A stretch of DNA of 64,000 bases from Carcharhinus longimanus (lineage: Eukaryota): the NCBI GenBank assembly GCA_030264375.1, contig JASCQW010000032.1, positions 52,318,901 to 52,382,900 on the forward strand, read 5' to 3'. A program made the position numbers and the translations under genes. The notes under the pieces were generated by a model that saw only the letters and a program-made list of their open reading frames with translations, made no database searches and was not told the origin of the DNA. Positions 26,501 through 41,500 of this stretch are shown here, piece after piece (the stretch's first letter is position 1; each line of letters begins with the position of its first letter).

Positions 26501-29500
26501 TGGCAACTAAAACTGGAAGGTCTGAATCAACATTATAAACCGCACTGTACCTGAAAACCCCTTCTTGCTAAACCTTAACCAATACATCCATTGCCATACT
26601 CAAACATCTGATGGTTACCACTGACTCATGTAGGGCCTACCAGTCAGGCACATCTTTTGCCCTCTATGCTCCCGGTTTTCTCTTTTCTCCTGAGGCTGTA
26701 CTGAAATGTTGTCCATATTCTGAAATTTCAGTCTTTGTCAAATTCATTAAATCCGGTTTGACTTGGAGTTAAATAACTCTCCTCGGTTTTCTTCTGCATG
26801 GTTGACCCTTAAATAAAGACCTGCTGCTTCCCTCACATTGTCAATTTTCAAAACATCATATTTCAAGCTATGGTGAAGCAATGTGTACCATTTACAGAAT
26901 TCACTGCAGCAACTCTTTCTTTGACAACAGATTCCAAACTTGTGATATCTATCACCTAGATGGATAAAGGCAGCAATTGCAAAGGAACATCACCACTTGC
27001 TAATTTCCTTCCAAGCCACCCACCATCCGGACTCAGAACTAAATTGCTGCTGCTGGGTCAAAATCCTGGCATTCCCTCCCCAACAGCATTGTGGGTGTAT
27101 CTACACCACATGGACTGCAAAAGTTCAAGAGATTTCACATCACCACCTTCTCAAGTGCAATGGGGGATGTACAATGAATATTGGCCATGGACAAAAAAAA
27201 AAGAGAAGGATGAAATGTACATTAACATTTCTTAACAAGATGTTATTCCTGTTTACAAATGTTGTTTATTTCCCTAAAATTATCAAAGTAAAATGTGTAT
27301 CAGAGTGAGAGGGGCAAATTAATATCAATTTGACTGTTGGCTTGTGATCATTGGGAATTTTGTTAAAATTAGTCAAACTCATTTTGGAACCTTACAAAGA
27401 AAAAAAGCAGTTTATATTCATTCCATCTTTTTGGATCAAATCCTGGTCTTACATTGTAAGTTAAAAGTTTTCCATGAAGTCGTAAAATATGAAATTTTAT
27501 TTCCGATTTAAGTAATTTATATAGACTATAAATAGAAACAGCTTTCAAAACAAAGTCACAATGGAAGTAGCCAATACATACCAATGTCAGAATATATTGT
27601 AACCCATGATCCAGACAAACAATTAAAGTTCTAAGTATATTGCCATTCATCGTTCTATTTAGAATTAGTACACACAAGGCAACAGAAGAATCTAAATAAA
27701 GCATCTCGCTATCTATTGAATAGAGTGAGATGTTAACAGAATGTAGCAGAAATTAACAATGCATACCTCAGGAATGCAAATATATACTGAAAAGATAAAT
27801 TCAATTAAATCTTTCTTAAACTTTTTGGCAATAGTTAACAAAAGCATGGTACTGTGCAAAGATTAATTTGAAATCAACTCACTTGTTGTTGTTTCACATG
27901 CAACTAATCTTCCAAAGCCTTCATCACAATTAACCGTTTGCCATTGCCCTGACTTTATGTCCATGACAGTACATACGTCGGCATCAGATGTCCCTCTAGA
28001 TGGTTCCCCTGGAGCCCAGTTTCTGTAACTTATTTCAGATTGATCAAACCATGTCATGGTATTGCCTGAAAAACAACTAAAGTCAGTTCATGGTGCACCA
28101 AAGAAATTCATGGAATAGAGATCTATTGGAATAGAAGTAGTCTATTTTCAATGCATTTTTCTAAGCACCAAAAAGTATTAGTGCGAAGATCTCCAGATAA
28201 AGTACTGCATAAACCTCAATCAGCACAAACTAGTACTAAATTGTACTTTCACACAGTGACCAAAAAAGATTGTTGGCATGGAGGATTGAAATAAATCATT
28301 TCCATCCAGTTAGGTCAAGGTTATTTCAGGCAACCAAACCTCAGAAGAGTAACCTGTATTAAAGCGACGTATATTTTCCTTTACTCGTGCCAGCAACCTT
28401 TTGGCTTCTTGTTGAGTAAAAGTACAAATTTACTGCCAATTGGTGTCAATTTGAAGAAGGTTTATGCTCTGGTTTTGCCATCACTAGAAAATAAGTAAGA
28501 ACATATGAATTAATTTAGAACAGAACTGTTACAACTTGTTGACAAAAATTTTCACTCAAAGGGGAAGCCAGACAAGTACATGAGGGACATGAAAATAGAG
28601 AATAGATGATTATGATAATAGATTTAGATGAGAAAAAGTGGGAGGAGGCTGAAGTGGAGCACAAATGCCAGCACAGACTGGTTGGGCCAAATGACCTGTT
28701 TCTGTGCTGTGTACATCCTATATAATCTTCCTATTGGTTGGCTGGATTCAAAAATCCCGTCCTGGAGATGAAAAGTCAATACTTCATTATTTTCAGTGGC
28801 CACAGATTGACTAGTATAGAAAAGGGCTATAATAGTATTAGAATTAAATAATTGTATGCTGATAAGATTGCTTTCTCCTTCCTTCCCCTTGATCTCATCT
28901 CACAGCCTGACTTCTCAAACTCTGTAGTTAGCAGACTCAGAGTCATAAGCTCCTCCAAGGCCACTGCAAAATACTATTGTGTGAGCAAGTTGAATGAGTA
29001 AACCATGTAATTTTTTCCTATTTCCTTCAATGTAGTTCCTGACAAGAAGCTTGTAACACAAGTTGTATGAACAGCAGTAAACTTCAGCACTTTTAAATTC
29101 AAGGCCAGTTGTTGTGGATCAATTTTATCTCAGTAGCACATTGGCATAGTGATTAGCACTGCGGCCTCACAGTGCCAGGGACCTGGGTTCGATTCCTGGC
29201 TTGGGTCACTGTCTGTGCGGAGTCTGCATGTTCTCCACATGTCTGCATTGGTTTCCTCTGGGTGCTCCTGTTTCCTCCCACAGTCCAAAGATGTGCAGGT
29301 TAGGTGGATTGGCCATGCTAAATTGCCCCTGAGTGTCAGGGGGACTAGCTAGGATAAATGCATGGGGTTATGGGGATAAGGCCTGGGTGGGACTGTGGTT
29401 GGTGTGGACTTGATGGGCCAAATGGCCTCCTTCTGCACTCTGGGATTCGATGATCTGTGATCTGTGCAGGCAATTGTGATAACCAAATTGTGCACACAGA

Positions 29501-32500
29501 GACCCAGCAACCAATTATGAGATACTTAGCTTGTTAAAAATCTTATTCTATCTGGCATTCTTAACTACACCGCTTGACTTACTGTCGCCATGTATTTGTC
29601 ATGTTTATTATTTAAATTCCATTTATTTAAGGTGACAGTCCCACAGGCTCAGCCTTTGGGTAAGCTGAAAAAATGGCATGTAGAGCAGAGGAAAACCTGC
29701 AGTAAAAAGGCGGATAGGGTTAAATATAGAAACTTGCAGAGCATAGTTACAAAGGGGGACAACTTACACAATACACTTTGGGCAGAACTTTTCCAAGCAT
29801 TTTGAAAATGCTGAAATGAGTTTTCAAAAGTACACTAACCTGAAGGGAAGTAGCTTCAACGTTCTCATTTTAAAACAAGGACACTGCGCTTTGTCCCAAA
29901 CTAAAGCAGAGTCACAACCAAGAACACTAGCTGAGTTTCCGGATTATAAATCTAGTGATGTCATTTTTTGGCTTCTTCCTGGGCAATGGAACATTGCTGA
30001 ATCTTCAGTGCCAACTGGGTCATCAGTTGGTCAAGAATGTCATTTTGCTTCTCTTACATAGAAACATAGAAGATAGGAGGAGGCCATTTGACCCTTCAAG
30101 CCTGCTCCACCATTTATTACGATCATGGCTGATCATCCAACTCAATAGCTGGATCCTGCTCTCTCCCCATAACCTTTGGTCACGTTCTCCCCAAGTGCTA
30201 TATCCAGTCACCTCTTGAAGACATTCAATGTTTTTGCATCAACTACTTCCTGTGGTGATGAATTTCACAGGCTCACCATACTTTGGTGAAGAAATGTCTC
30301 CTCACCTCTGTCCTAAATGGTCCACCCTGAATCCTCAGACTGTGACCCTTAGTTCTGGACTCCCCCACCATTGGGAATGTCCTCCCTGTCTANNNNNNNN
30401 NNNNNNNNNNNNNNNNNNNNNNNNNNNNNNNNNNNNNNNNNNNNNNNNNNNNNNNNNNNNNNNNNNNNNNNNNNNNNNNNNNNNNNNNNNNNTGTGAATG
30501 AAATTATCTAGCTTTACTGCGACATCAGTAGGTTGAGCATCTAACTTTATGCTATTCATGATACTTTATTAGATGTGGCAAATTTAACTTTGGCTTACTA
30601 TGGAAACGCCAATGGATTAGCAAACTTTAAAAATCTTGCAGAGAGGATGGATAAAGTGATAAGATATCAGTGTCACATATTAGTTTTTCATTATGCATAT
30701 TTAGAGTTAAAAGCAAGTTTAAACACTAGCAATGCCATATGGCAAAAAAACAATGAACCTGTTTTGTCTGCCATTTAAGGGGTGCTATTTATTCTTGTTT
30801 TCCAAACTGTTGAATGGTCCTCTTTAAAAGAGAAATATTGTTAGGTTGAATCAAAGACTGCGAATAATGTACAGACTCCAATCACAAAATTCTGCAGATT
30901 TATTTTTACGTCAAATTCAACCTATGCTGTTAAGTAAGTGAAAATATTCTGCATTTTTGTTTTGCATGTGCATCAAGAAACCTGAGCAAAACTGTAACCG
31001 GTGGTGGTGGCGCAGAGGGGTTGACAACTGGCAGGTAACAGTCACATCACGTAAGTGATACATAATGACTGTCTGAAAGTGGAGAAAGGCCAGCCGTCAT
31101 CCATTGGCCTTCAAAGGCACAATCATTGCCAAATCCTTCACTCACCATTTACCAGAAGCTTAAACGGTCAGACACCCAACAAGAATGGGATGGAAGTGGG
31201 GTAAGCTTGCCCTTCAAAACCTTTCCAACATCTATAAAAGTCAAATTAAGAGTACAATGGAAGGGTGCAGCTGCAATAGCACTCAAGTACCACAGAGTAG
31301 GTTACTTTCTCCTGCCACTGAATTCAATATCCATTTCCTGCACCACTGGCACACTTATAGTCTTATAGTGTACAGAATGCATTGGAGCACCTCCATATTC
31401 TGTAGCCTCAGCTATCACCAAGAGGGACAAGAACAACAGTAGCAGAGCAACACCACTGCCTCTAAGCTCCCATTCAATTTATACGCCATGCTTTGGAAAT
31501 GGATTGCCATTCCCTTATCGTTACAGTCGATATCCTGCAATTTAACAACTTAATACCACCTTCTCCAGATAACTAGGAGCAGGTAATAAATACAACCTTG
31601 CAAACGTGTGCTCTGATTGTGAAAACAAATTATAAAAATGTTGCAGTTTTAAATCACCCAGAAAAAATATCAATTTCTATTTCAATTTTGACTATAATGT
31701 AGATTAATGGCTCAAAATTAGAACTGTACTTTGTTCTTCAAGTCATTGATTTTTGGTCCAGATTATTTCCCTAACTGGATGAAAAATATATTGAAAGCAT
31801 GTCAGAAAAGGGAGGCGATGGCCTAGTGGTTTTATCACTAGACTATTAATCCAGAAACTCAACTGATGTTCTGGGACATGGGTCCAAATCCTGCCACGGC
31901 AGATGGTGGAATTTGAATTCAATTAAAAAAAATCTGGAATTAAGAATCTACTTCTGACCATAAAACCATTATCGATTGTTGGAAAAACCCATCTGGTTCA
32001 CTAACGACCTTTAGGGAAGGAAATCTGCCGTCTTCACCTGATCTGACCTGCATGCGACTCCAGAGCCACAGCAGTGTGGTTGACTCTTAACTGCCATCAG
32101 ACAATAAATGCTGGCCAGCCAGTGGCACCCATGTCCTATAACGAATATTTTTACAGCAGTATGAGCTGTATTTTACAGCAGTATTGTATCTTGAAACAGA
32201 AAAGATGAGGGTTTGTTCATGCAAGCATGGCTGAATTTTTTTTAACAGTTGGATACTTCTAATTACTGCCAAACTCTCTCGCATTGAAAATTTACAAGTG
32301 CTGTTCGGCATTTCTATAGATTTAATTATTGCTGGAGATTATATACAAAATAAAAATGGAAACAGTATTTTGAACTTTTCTTTCCATCTATTTTTGAAAA
32401 ATGCATTTGCATTGAATTAAATATTTTATCTTACTTTTCCTGGTTCAGGTGGGATTTTACAGCCTCGCTCATCTCGAACTGTAAAATCCCGCCTGAGGTC

Positions 32501-35500
32501 AATGGACCTTTCCATGTCCTGCCCCTCGCCTGCTCAGATTCCTGCGGTAGGCAGGAAGGAAAAAGTCTGGCCTGTCTCAGTCAGGATTCTTCAAACTGCT
32601 TATTTGAAAAGACACAGAGCTGGTAGAGGCCTTGGAGGAATAGGAAACCATGCATACCACAAAACACAGGTAAGTCTGAGATTCCATCAGGGCTGAGTTG
32701 ACAGGCCCCATCAAGGAGAACAGGGATATGTCGAACAGGCTGGGATAGGGAGAGTAGACACTTGCACTGTGCAGAAAGCTGGAACACTGGGGTGAATGAA
32801 AGTAAATTCTGGAGGGCTGTGGCATACCTTTGCATTGGTTCCAGATGAAATGAACAAACCAATATTTGTAACATAGAAGGGAACTCGAGGGGAGAAGAAT
32901 AAATAGTAGAACTGAATTTATAGCTCAAGTCCTTAATAATACTATTATGTTAGTAGTTCTTACTTTGTTGAAGTTTCTTTCATATACAATGAAGTTTGTT
33001 TTTATTTAAAATTCTGAAATCATGTGGCCTAGTTTTGTTCATTAATTCCTGGGTGTTCAGATGTTTCTTCTTAATAACATTCCCTGACAGGATCCCTAAT
33101 GAGAGTTTGGACTGGTCAGGGTGAGTGGGGCCTAATTTTGGAGGATGTGGTTATAGCAGAGATATTAATTAAACATTTTGTTTTTTTTTAAAATAATGGC
33201 AGGAGTGAGAATACAGAACAAGAACAAAGAACAGTACAATATAGCAGCAGGCCCTTTGGCCCTCCAAGCCTATGCCAATCACGTTTATCTATCTAGACCA
33301 ACCGCTGTTATCCCTCTATTCCCCATTTGTTCATATATCTATCAAGATAAGTTTTAAATGTGGCTAACGTAACTGTTTCAACCACCACACTTGGCAGTGC
33401 ATTCCAGGTCCCCACCACCCTCTTGTGTAATAAACTTCTCCCGCCTATCTCCCCTGACCCGTGGGGGGGGGGGGNNNNNNNNNNNNNNNNNNNNNNNNNN
33501 NNNNNNNNNNNNNNNNNNNNNNNNNNNNNNNNNNNNNNNNNNNNNNNNNNNNNNNNNNNNNNNNNNNNNNNNNNNNNNNNNNNNNNNNNNNNNNNNNNNN
33601 NNNNNNNNNNNNNNNNNNNNNNNNNNNNNNNNNNNNNNNNNNNNNNNNNNNNNNNNNNNNNNNNNNNNNNNNNNNNNNNNNNNNNNNNNNNNNNNNNNNN
33701 NNNNNNNNNNNNNNNNNNNNNNNNNNNNNNNNNNNNNNNNNNNNNNNNNNNNNNNNNNNNNNNNNNNNNNNNNNNNNNNNNNNNNNNNNNNNNNNNNNNN
33801 NNNNNNNNNNNNNNNNNNNNNNNNNNNNNNNNNNNNNNNNNNNNNNNNNNNNNNNNNNNNNNNNNNNNNNNNNNNNNNNNNNNNNNNNNNNNNNNNNNNN
33901 NNNNNNNNNNNNNNNNNNNNNNNNNNNNNNNNNNNNNNNNNNNNNNNNNNNNNNNNNNNNNNNNNNNNNNNNNNNNNNNNNNNNNNNNNNNNNNNNNNNN
34001 NNNNNNNNNNNNNNNNNNNNNNNNNNNNNNNNNNNNNNNNNNNNNNNNNNNNNNNNNNNNNNNNNNNNNNNNNCTTATTGAATGGCAGGGCAGGCTCGAA
34101 GGGCTAGATGGCCTACTCCTGCTCCTATTTCTTATGTTCTTATGTTCAGAAAAACACGCTTCCAACCCTACCCTCTATCTTCTTTGGCCAAGCCAGTTCT
34201 GAATCCATCCAACTAATTCATCCTGTGAGATTTAATCTTTTGCACAAGCCTGCCATGAGGGACCTCGTCAAATGCTTTACTGAAGTCCATGTAGACAACA
34301 TCCACAGCCCTCCCCTCAATCATTTTTGTCACCTCCTCAAAAAACTACTGAGGTAGCTGCAGAGAAGGAATTGATTCTGCCAAAGCTAGTAAAATACATG
34401 GTGCATAATGGTATCATGGCTTACCCCACAGGCCATTCTTAGTAGGAGCTCAAATTTTCAATTCTCAATGATGTAGAAATTGTGCCACAGGACTAGCTCA
34501 TAGCTAACGTGATGCCATTGTTCAATAAGTAAAGAATAAACTAGTATCTATACAAAGTTAGTCGAATGCCAATTGTAGGCATATTTTAAAATCCATAACT
34601 TGAGTTAACTGATTGGACAGGAAAAAGAAATTAGACGCATATGGAGTTTAGAAGGTGCTCAATAAGTTGTCTTACATGGGGCTCATTAGAAGAATTCAGA
34701 TATACTGTATGAGGAAATTAGTATGTTAACAGATAGAAAATAAAGAGTTAGGGTAAATTAGTGTTGCTCGGTTTAGAAGTGGGTTGAACATGGTGTTGTC
34801 AGCTGTTCTTAGCTTCGAGGATGATATCTACTCGGGTCGTGAGTTTCCACCTTTGGTCTTAACCCACAGATCTTTGGGCATGTACAGCAGGATGCCCCAT
34901 GAGATAGTGGGATCCAGAATTGTTTCCTTTTTTTTTCCTTCCCTTGCCTCTGGTCTACCTCATCATTAAGACATTATGACTCACACTGTGATGCAACTTG
35001 ATGGACNNNNNNNNNNNNNNNNNNNNNNNNNNNNNNNNNNNNNNNNNNNNNNNNNNNNNNNNNNNNNNNNNNNNNNNNNNNNNNNNNNNNNNNNNNNNNN
35101 NNNNNNCTCACACTGTGATGCAACTTGATGGACAAGTTGTCGCTACTCTGAATGATTGGTAGCAAGCTTCACTGAGTCATTAATGTCAATGCTGCCACAT
35201 TTTCATAGGAGCTTAAGAGTGTTTATGAAACTTCTTTTTTGTCCTCCCTGGAACATTGGCCATGTGAGAAAACGGGCATTGGTATATTGGATGATGTACT
35301 TTACCAGTCAATGCGGAATCCATTTTTAAGGACAGTACATGCAAACGATTTTATACTTTGAGCACTATCTCAAAACTCACAGAAGGTGTATTATTAGACA
35401 GTGGGATGCATTTTGGATTATGTTAATTAAAAGCTAGCATGGGCACAATGGATTTTAATGACCTCTTTCTGTGCTGTAGGTATCTATAGTTCGATGGAAT

Positions 35501-38500
35501 GAAAACTCTAGTAAATAGTGTATTTCACATTGTTAATGTTGGGCTTTGAAGTCTTTGTTGAATTTTTAATGAAAATGTCTAGCTCTGAAAATATGCAATG
35601 AGTTAGTTTCCGTTGCTCTGAGCTATTCAGCAGTTGCCACACATCAACATGAGGGATTCTTGGATAATCAACTGCAATCAGCACATGGAAATTAATTAAC
35701 TTGGTAAATTGTTGGCAAACCTACAAATTTCTCGTCAGGATGATAACAGAACATGCCAAAAAGGTTACACGGAAAAAAAAAATCAGTTTTGGCATGGCAT
35801 TTTGAGATGTGAAAAATGCCTCAGTTATTAAATTTATACAGAAACAATCAGATGCTTTCTTTGACAACATAAACAAATCATATTAAAGTGTCTGCCATTA
35901 AAATAATATGCTTCCCACACAAAAAAACAGTAAGGGCTAAATATACAAAAATAGCCAAGCAAATCAACAGATTTTAGGGTATAATTCATTAAGTTGGGTG
36001 AATGAATCTAGGATTATACCTTATTATTCACAAAGGCTTGCCTTCTCAATCTTAACCCCCCACCTGAGGTGTGGTGATCCTCCGGTTAAAGCAACACCAA
36101 TCAGCTTTCCCTCTGAAAGAGCATTTTTTCTAAGCAATAATTTGGTCATCTGGGATATGGCAACTTTATCTTTTTAGTATTCAGTTATTCCAAATATCTT
36201 GACGCATACTATATGAACAATTAAAATGAAATAAAATCTTTGCAAAATACAATTGTTGCAACTTTACTTTTTAACGTGTTATACAGCATAGAACAAACCA
36301 GCTAATACTTACTGTCTGTGTCAAAGAACATACCCAACCAAATAGTTCCAGATTGTGCAGTCCTTTTATACTGGTCGACAATGAACTGGTTTTCCTGCTC
36401 ATTAAGAATGTTGACAATATTACCACCTGGGGCTGAGGGAAAAGTAATAGTCACAAACAAAATAAGAAGGGATCATAATTAAAGTTTGAATATTTGGCAA
36501 ATTTAACTGCTTCAAAAGATACCTTCAAATCCATATAATGAAAATTGGAGCAATGAATGAGGCTGTCTGCAATCCTCAGTATCATGGTAAATTTGTTTGT
36601 TAACTTGAATCATGCATGTAGTTAAATTATCTTAAGACTAAAAATTTAAATATGAAAAGTGATATTTGTTTCAAGACATTGTGTATTGTAAAAGTTAATT
36701 AACAGTTCAAAAGAAGTACATATTAACTAAAATAGTGTTTCTGTTTAAAAATAGTCAGCATATAATATGTTTTTAATTCTTCAAGACGTCAGCTATCTTC
36801 AAATAATACGTGCATACTACACAATATCCAAAATATAGAAACGGTAAAATCCGTTCATTTGTTAGTTTTTTGGCACAAGCAATGATTCAACAATTTAAAA
36901 GACTGAGAACATTTCAGCAATGCAGGACAAGGTTATTTTAAACAACACGAAAGGAAGTAAAACAAAAGCAGAAAATGCTGGGGAAACTCAGCAGGTCTGA
37001 CAGCATGTGTGGAAAGAGAATAGAACCATTCTCTTGCCATAGATGCTGTCAGTCCTACTGAGTTTCCTCAGCATTTTCTGTTTTTGTTTCAGATATCAGC
37101 ATCTGCAATATTTTATCTTTACGGAAGGAAGTGATCTGGCAGCATAGTACTTGAAATTCTCAGTGCACAACTTCAGACCAAATGTGAACCACATATGAAG
37201 CACATTACCAGCAGTTAGTTCAGTCACTTGATAGCCTGTCTTACAGAAAAGTGATGGATAGGATTTTGTGGTGGTAATGGTGGCAAAATGATCAGCGTTT
37301 GACATTGACATTCCACTGAAGCTAAAAGGAACTTTGGGAATGCACGTGTCAAATAATAGAGAAGCTAAGGTGCTTTTCTGGAAGGTATAATGTTGAGGTC
37401 TCTCTCTCAATGGGATTTTTTTTTAAGCTAATGTGAACTTCAGAGAAGCCCATGCCACAGAGAATGCTAGATCTTTGTGGGCAACTTTCTTTGAGGTCAG
37501 CAGTGAGCACTGTTGTTAAGTCGCCCACAATAAAATCCAGGCCATTACCTTCCCTTCTGGTATGGGTATCCACTGAATCTGCCTCCACTACACCCTTAGC
37601 TAGTGCATTCCAGAATCTAACATTTGCAGGGAAAAAAGTTTTCCCTCATGTCACCATTGCTTCTTTTGCCAATCACTTTAAATTGGTGCCCTCTGGTTCT
37701 TGGCCCTTATTCAATGGGGAACAGATTGTTTCCATCTACTCTGTCTAGTTCCCTGATGTCTTTTTTGAGTGGGAAGAGTCTCTCCACCTCTATCCTATTC
37801 ATCCCATTCATCATCTTATACGTCTCAATGAGATCTCCCCTCATTCTNNNNNNNNNNNNNNNNNNNNNNNNNNNNNNNNNNNNNNNNNNNNNNNNNNNNN
37901 NNNNNNNNNNNNNNNNNNNNNNNNNNNNNNNNNNNNNNNNNNNNNNNGATCTTATTGAATGGCGGGGCAGGCTCGAAGGGCTAGATGGCCTGCTCCTGCT
38001 CCTATTTCTTATGTTCTTATGTCTTTCAACACCTCGATCAAATCTCCTTTCATCCTTCTATTTTCTCAGAGAATAATCCCAGGTTTTCCAATTTCCATGC
38101 AACTGATCCCTAATTCCCTGCACCATGGAACCATTCTTGTAACTCTTTTCTGCACCCTCTCTAAACCTTTCACATCCTTCCTAAAGTGTGAAGCTCAAGA
38201 TTTGGACGCAATACTCCAGTTGAGGGTGAACCTGTATAAATGTTTATCATAACTTCCTTGTTTTTGTACTCTATGCTCTTATTTGTAAAGCCCAGAATCC
38301 TGAATGCTTTATCCTTGGAACTTCAATGACTTGTGCAATATGGCCCCCAAATCACACTGTTATTGTACTTCTTTAGACTTGTATTTTTTTTTAAATATTG
38401 CATCTTATTCTTCCTGTCAAAATGTATCAATTCTCTGTATTAAATTCCATCTGCTCCATATCCATCCATTCCATCAACCTGTCTACTTCCTCTCGTCATC

Positions 38501-41500
38501 TCTCACAATCTTCCTCAAAGTTCACAATACTTAAAAGTTTTGAGTCACCTACAAAATTTGGATCTATTACATATATTAGAAAAATCACGTGTCTTTGGGA
38601 AGTCTTCCCCCAATCCAAAATACAATTGCTCATCATTACTCTCTATATCACACAGAGAAATTTGTCTTCATTCTGTCCCTTTTATTTCATGGACTCCAAC
38701 TTCGTCAAAGTGCATTTTAGAAGTCATAGAATCCCTACAGTGCAGAAAGAGACTATTCGACCCTATGAGCCTGTACTAGGCCCTATCTCTTTAACCCCAT
38801 GTATTAACCCTACTAGTCCCCCTGACACTTAGGGGCAATTTAGCATGGCCAATCAACTGAACTTCATTGGAGTGTAGGAGGAAACCCACGAAAATACAGG
38901 GAGAATGTGCAAACTCCACACAGATAGCCTTCCTTAGTTAATCCACACTTGTTCAAGTGGCTGCTAATTTTGCTCTGGATTATCATCTCTAAAAGATTTC
39001 CCACCACTCTGGTTAAACAAATGGCCTTTAACTGGTGAGATTACAACTTTTTTTAAACAAGAATGTAATGTTTGCATTACGCCAGTCCACTGGCATTGCC
39101 AATATATCTAAGGAAGATAATGGTCAATGCCTCTGCAAATTTCACCCGTATTTACCTCAGCATCCTCAGTTGCATCCCATCCAGAACTAATGATTCATCA
39201 ACTTTTAAGTACAGCCAGCATTTTGAAAACCTCCCGTTTTTCAATGTTTTGCCTATCCAATATTGCAATGACTTTCTTTTACACTGAGCTCGGCAGCACC
39301 TTCTTCCTTGAGAAACATAGATGTTTAGTTCATCAGCCATATCCTCCACCTGCATGATTAGTTCCCCTTTTTGGTCCATTCTTGGCCCTACCTCTCCTCT
39401 TACTATCCTTTTTCTATTCATATGTTGATTGTAGACTTTTGGATTCCCTTTCATGTCACCTATCAATCACACACTCTCTCTTTGCCTCTATGATTTCTTT
39501 GCTCACTTCTCTGAATTTTCTACATTAACCCTGTTCCTCACTTATTATCATTTGCATCTTTTTACTGCCTCATCTTGCCCTCTTTCTGTTTCATCATCCA
39601 GGGAGCTCTGCTTTTGGTTGCTTCATCTCTGCCCCTCATGGGGATGTACTTTCACTATCTCCTCTTCGAAGGCAGGCCACTGCTCCATTATAATTTTGCT
39701 GCCAATTTTATATTCCACAGGAAGTCAAGAACACCAGAAGTAGGGGCAGGAGCAGACCATGCACCTGTCAAACCTGCTCTGCCATTCAATATGATCATGG
39801 CTGACCTTGGGCTTTAGCTGCATTTCTCTGTCCACCCCCATGATTCACTAAGAGACCAAAAATTTGTCTATCTCGCCTCAAAAATGCAGCACCTTAACCC
39901 TCTGGGACAGATCATTCCAAATATTCACAACCTTTGACGACATATCTCCTTATTTCAGTCCTAGATGGCCGATATCTTATCATGAGACTGTGCCCCCATG
40001 GTTCAGATACCCCAGCCAATAGGAACAATTTCAATATGATGAGCGGGTCTCCCAGGGAAGAGGTCCCCACCAGTAAGGTCTACAGGCATGCTCAGAGGAC
40101 ACTCAGGCCCTCCCTGGGAGGTTGGGGGCGTGGGGGGTAGGTTGCCCAATGGCAGTACAGATAAGCGTGGGGCCAAAGGGGGCAGGGTGATCAGTGGTGG
40201 GAAGGGGACCCACTGCNNNNNNNNNNNNNNNNNNNNNNNNNNNNNNNNNNNNNNNNNNNNNNNNNNNNNNNNNNNNNNNNNNNNNNNNNNNNNNNNNNNN
40301 NNNNNNNNNNNNNNNNGGAAGGAGGGTGGCAGCAGCGGCGGAATGGATGGAAGAAGGGGACTAGCCATGGTGGGGGGGACTGGCAGCCTGGGAAGATATC
40401 AGCAACAGCGCGGCCAGTGATTGGGAGGCTGATGACGACAGGGCCAGAGTGCATTGTTTCCATCGTTATTTATCCAATGATAGCCACAGTCTCTCCAGCA
40501 AAGTGATCCCTGTGTTTCCAAACCAATACCTCTGGCATCCACCAATATCTTTCCTTGGCCATCTCTTCTTCCTCATTTACTTTCTGCCCTTTTGCAATAT
40601 CATCCATAGACACAAACCCATAGATAGATAATCAATCTCTTCAAAACCTTGCTTAATCAGATCACTGTCTCTATGTTGTCAGCCTGGAAATTCCACTACC
40701 CAGCCTTGAATAAAGTATGGTCTCCTCTATTCAAACAATGTGAAGAATGAAAAAGTTATCTGCAGCACCTATGGACGTCAATACTCTCAGAGCCAATCTT
40801 ACCTTCTCCCCAGCTACTGTCACAGCTATTTGAGTCCATATTTAGCTTCTCATCCCATGTACTCTCCTCAACAAATATCACCTATTTCTACATTAGCATT
40901 GCTGCCTCACAGCGCCAGGGTTCATTTCCAGCTTTGGGTGACTGTCTGAATGGAGTTTGCACATTCTCCACGTATCTGTGTCGGTTTCCTCCAGATGCTC
41001 CTGTTTCCTTCCACAATCTAAAGACGTGTAGATTAGGTGGATTGACCATGCTGAATTGCCTTTTAATGTTCCAAGATGTGCAGGTAGAGAGATTTGTGGG
41101 GTAAACATGTGGGATTACAGGGATAAGGACTGGGTATGATGCTGTATTATAGAATTGGTGCAGGCTCGATGGGTCGAATGGCCTCTTGCACTGCAGAGAC
41201 TGTATGATTCTACCTCTTTAGCATTTGCCACCTCTTCTTATGTTAACACATCTGATGCTGAAACCATCATCCATGCCTATATCACTTCCAACTTTGATCA
41301 TTCTATTGNNNNNNNNNNNNNNNNNNNNNNNNNNNNNNNNNNNNNNNNNNNNNNNNNNNNNNNNNNNNNNNNNNNNNNNNNNNNNNNNNNNNNNNNNNNN
41401 NNNNNNNNACTTCCAACTTTGATCATTCTATTGCTTTCCTGGTTGGCTTTCCATCTTTCACATTCTATAAGTTTGAGTTCATCTGCTGTCCATGACCTAT

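Noticed and set aside
34980-35133. 27-bp direct repeat flanking a 100-N gap (likewise 41284-41433), resembling a TSD or CRISPR repeat
   Set aside because: Typical unmerged contig overlap around a fixed-size gap
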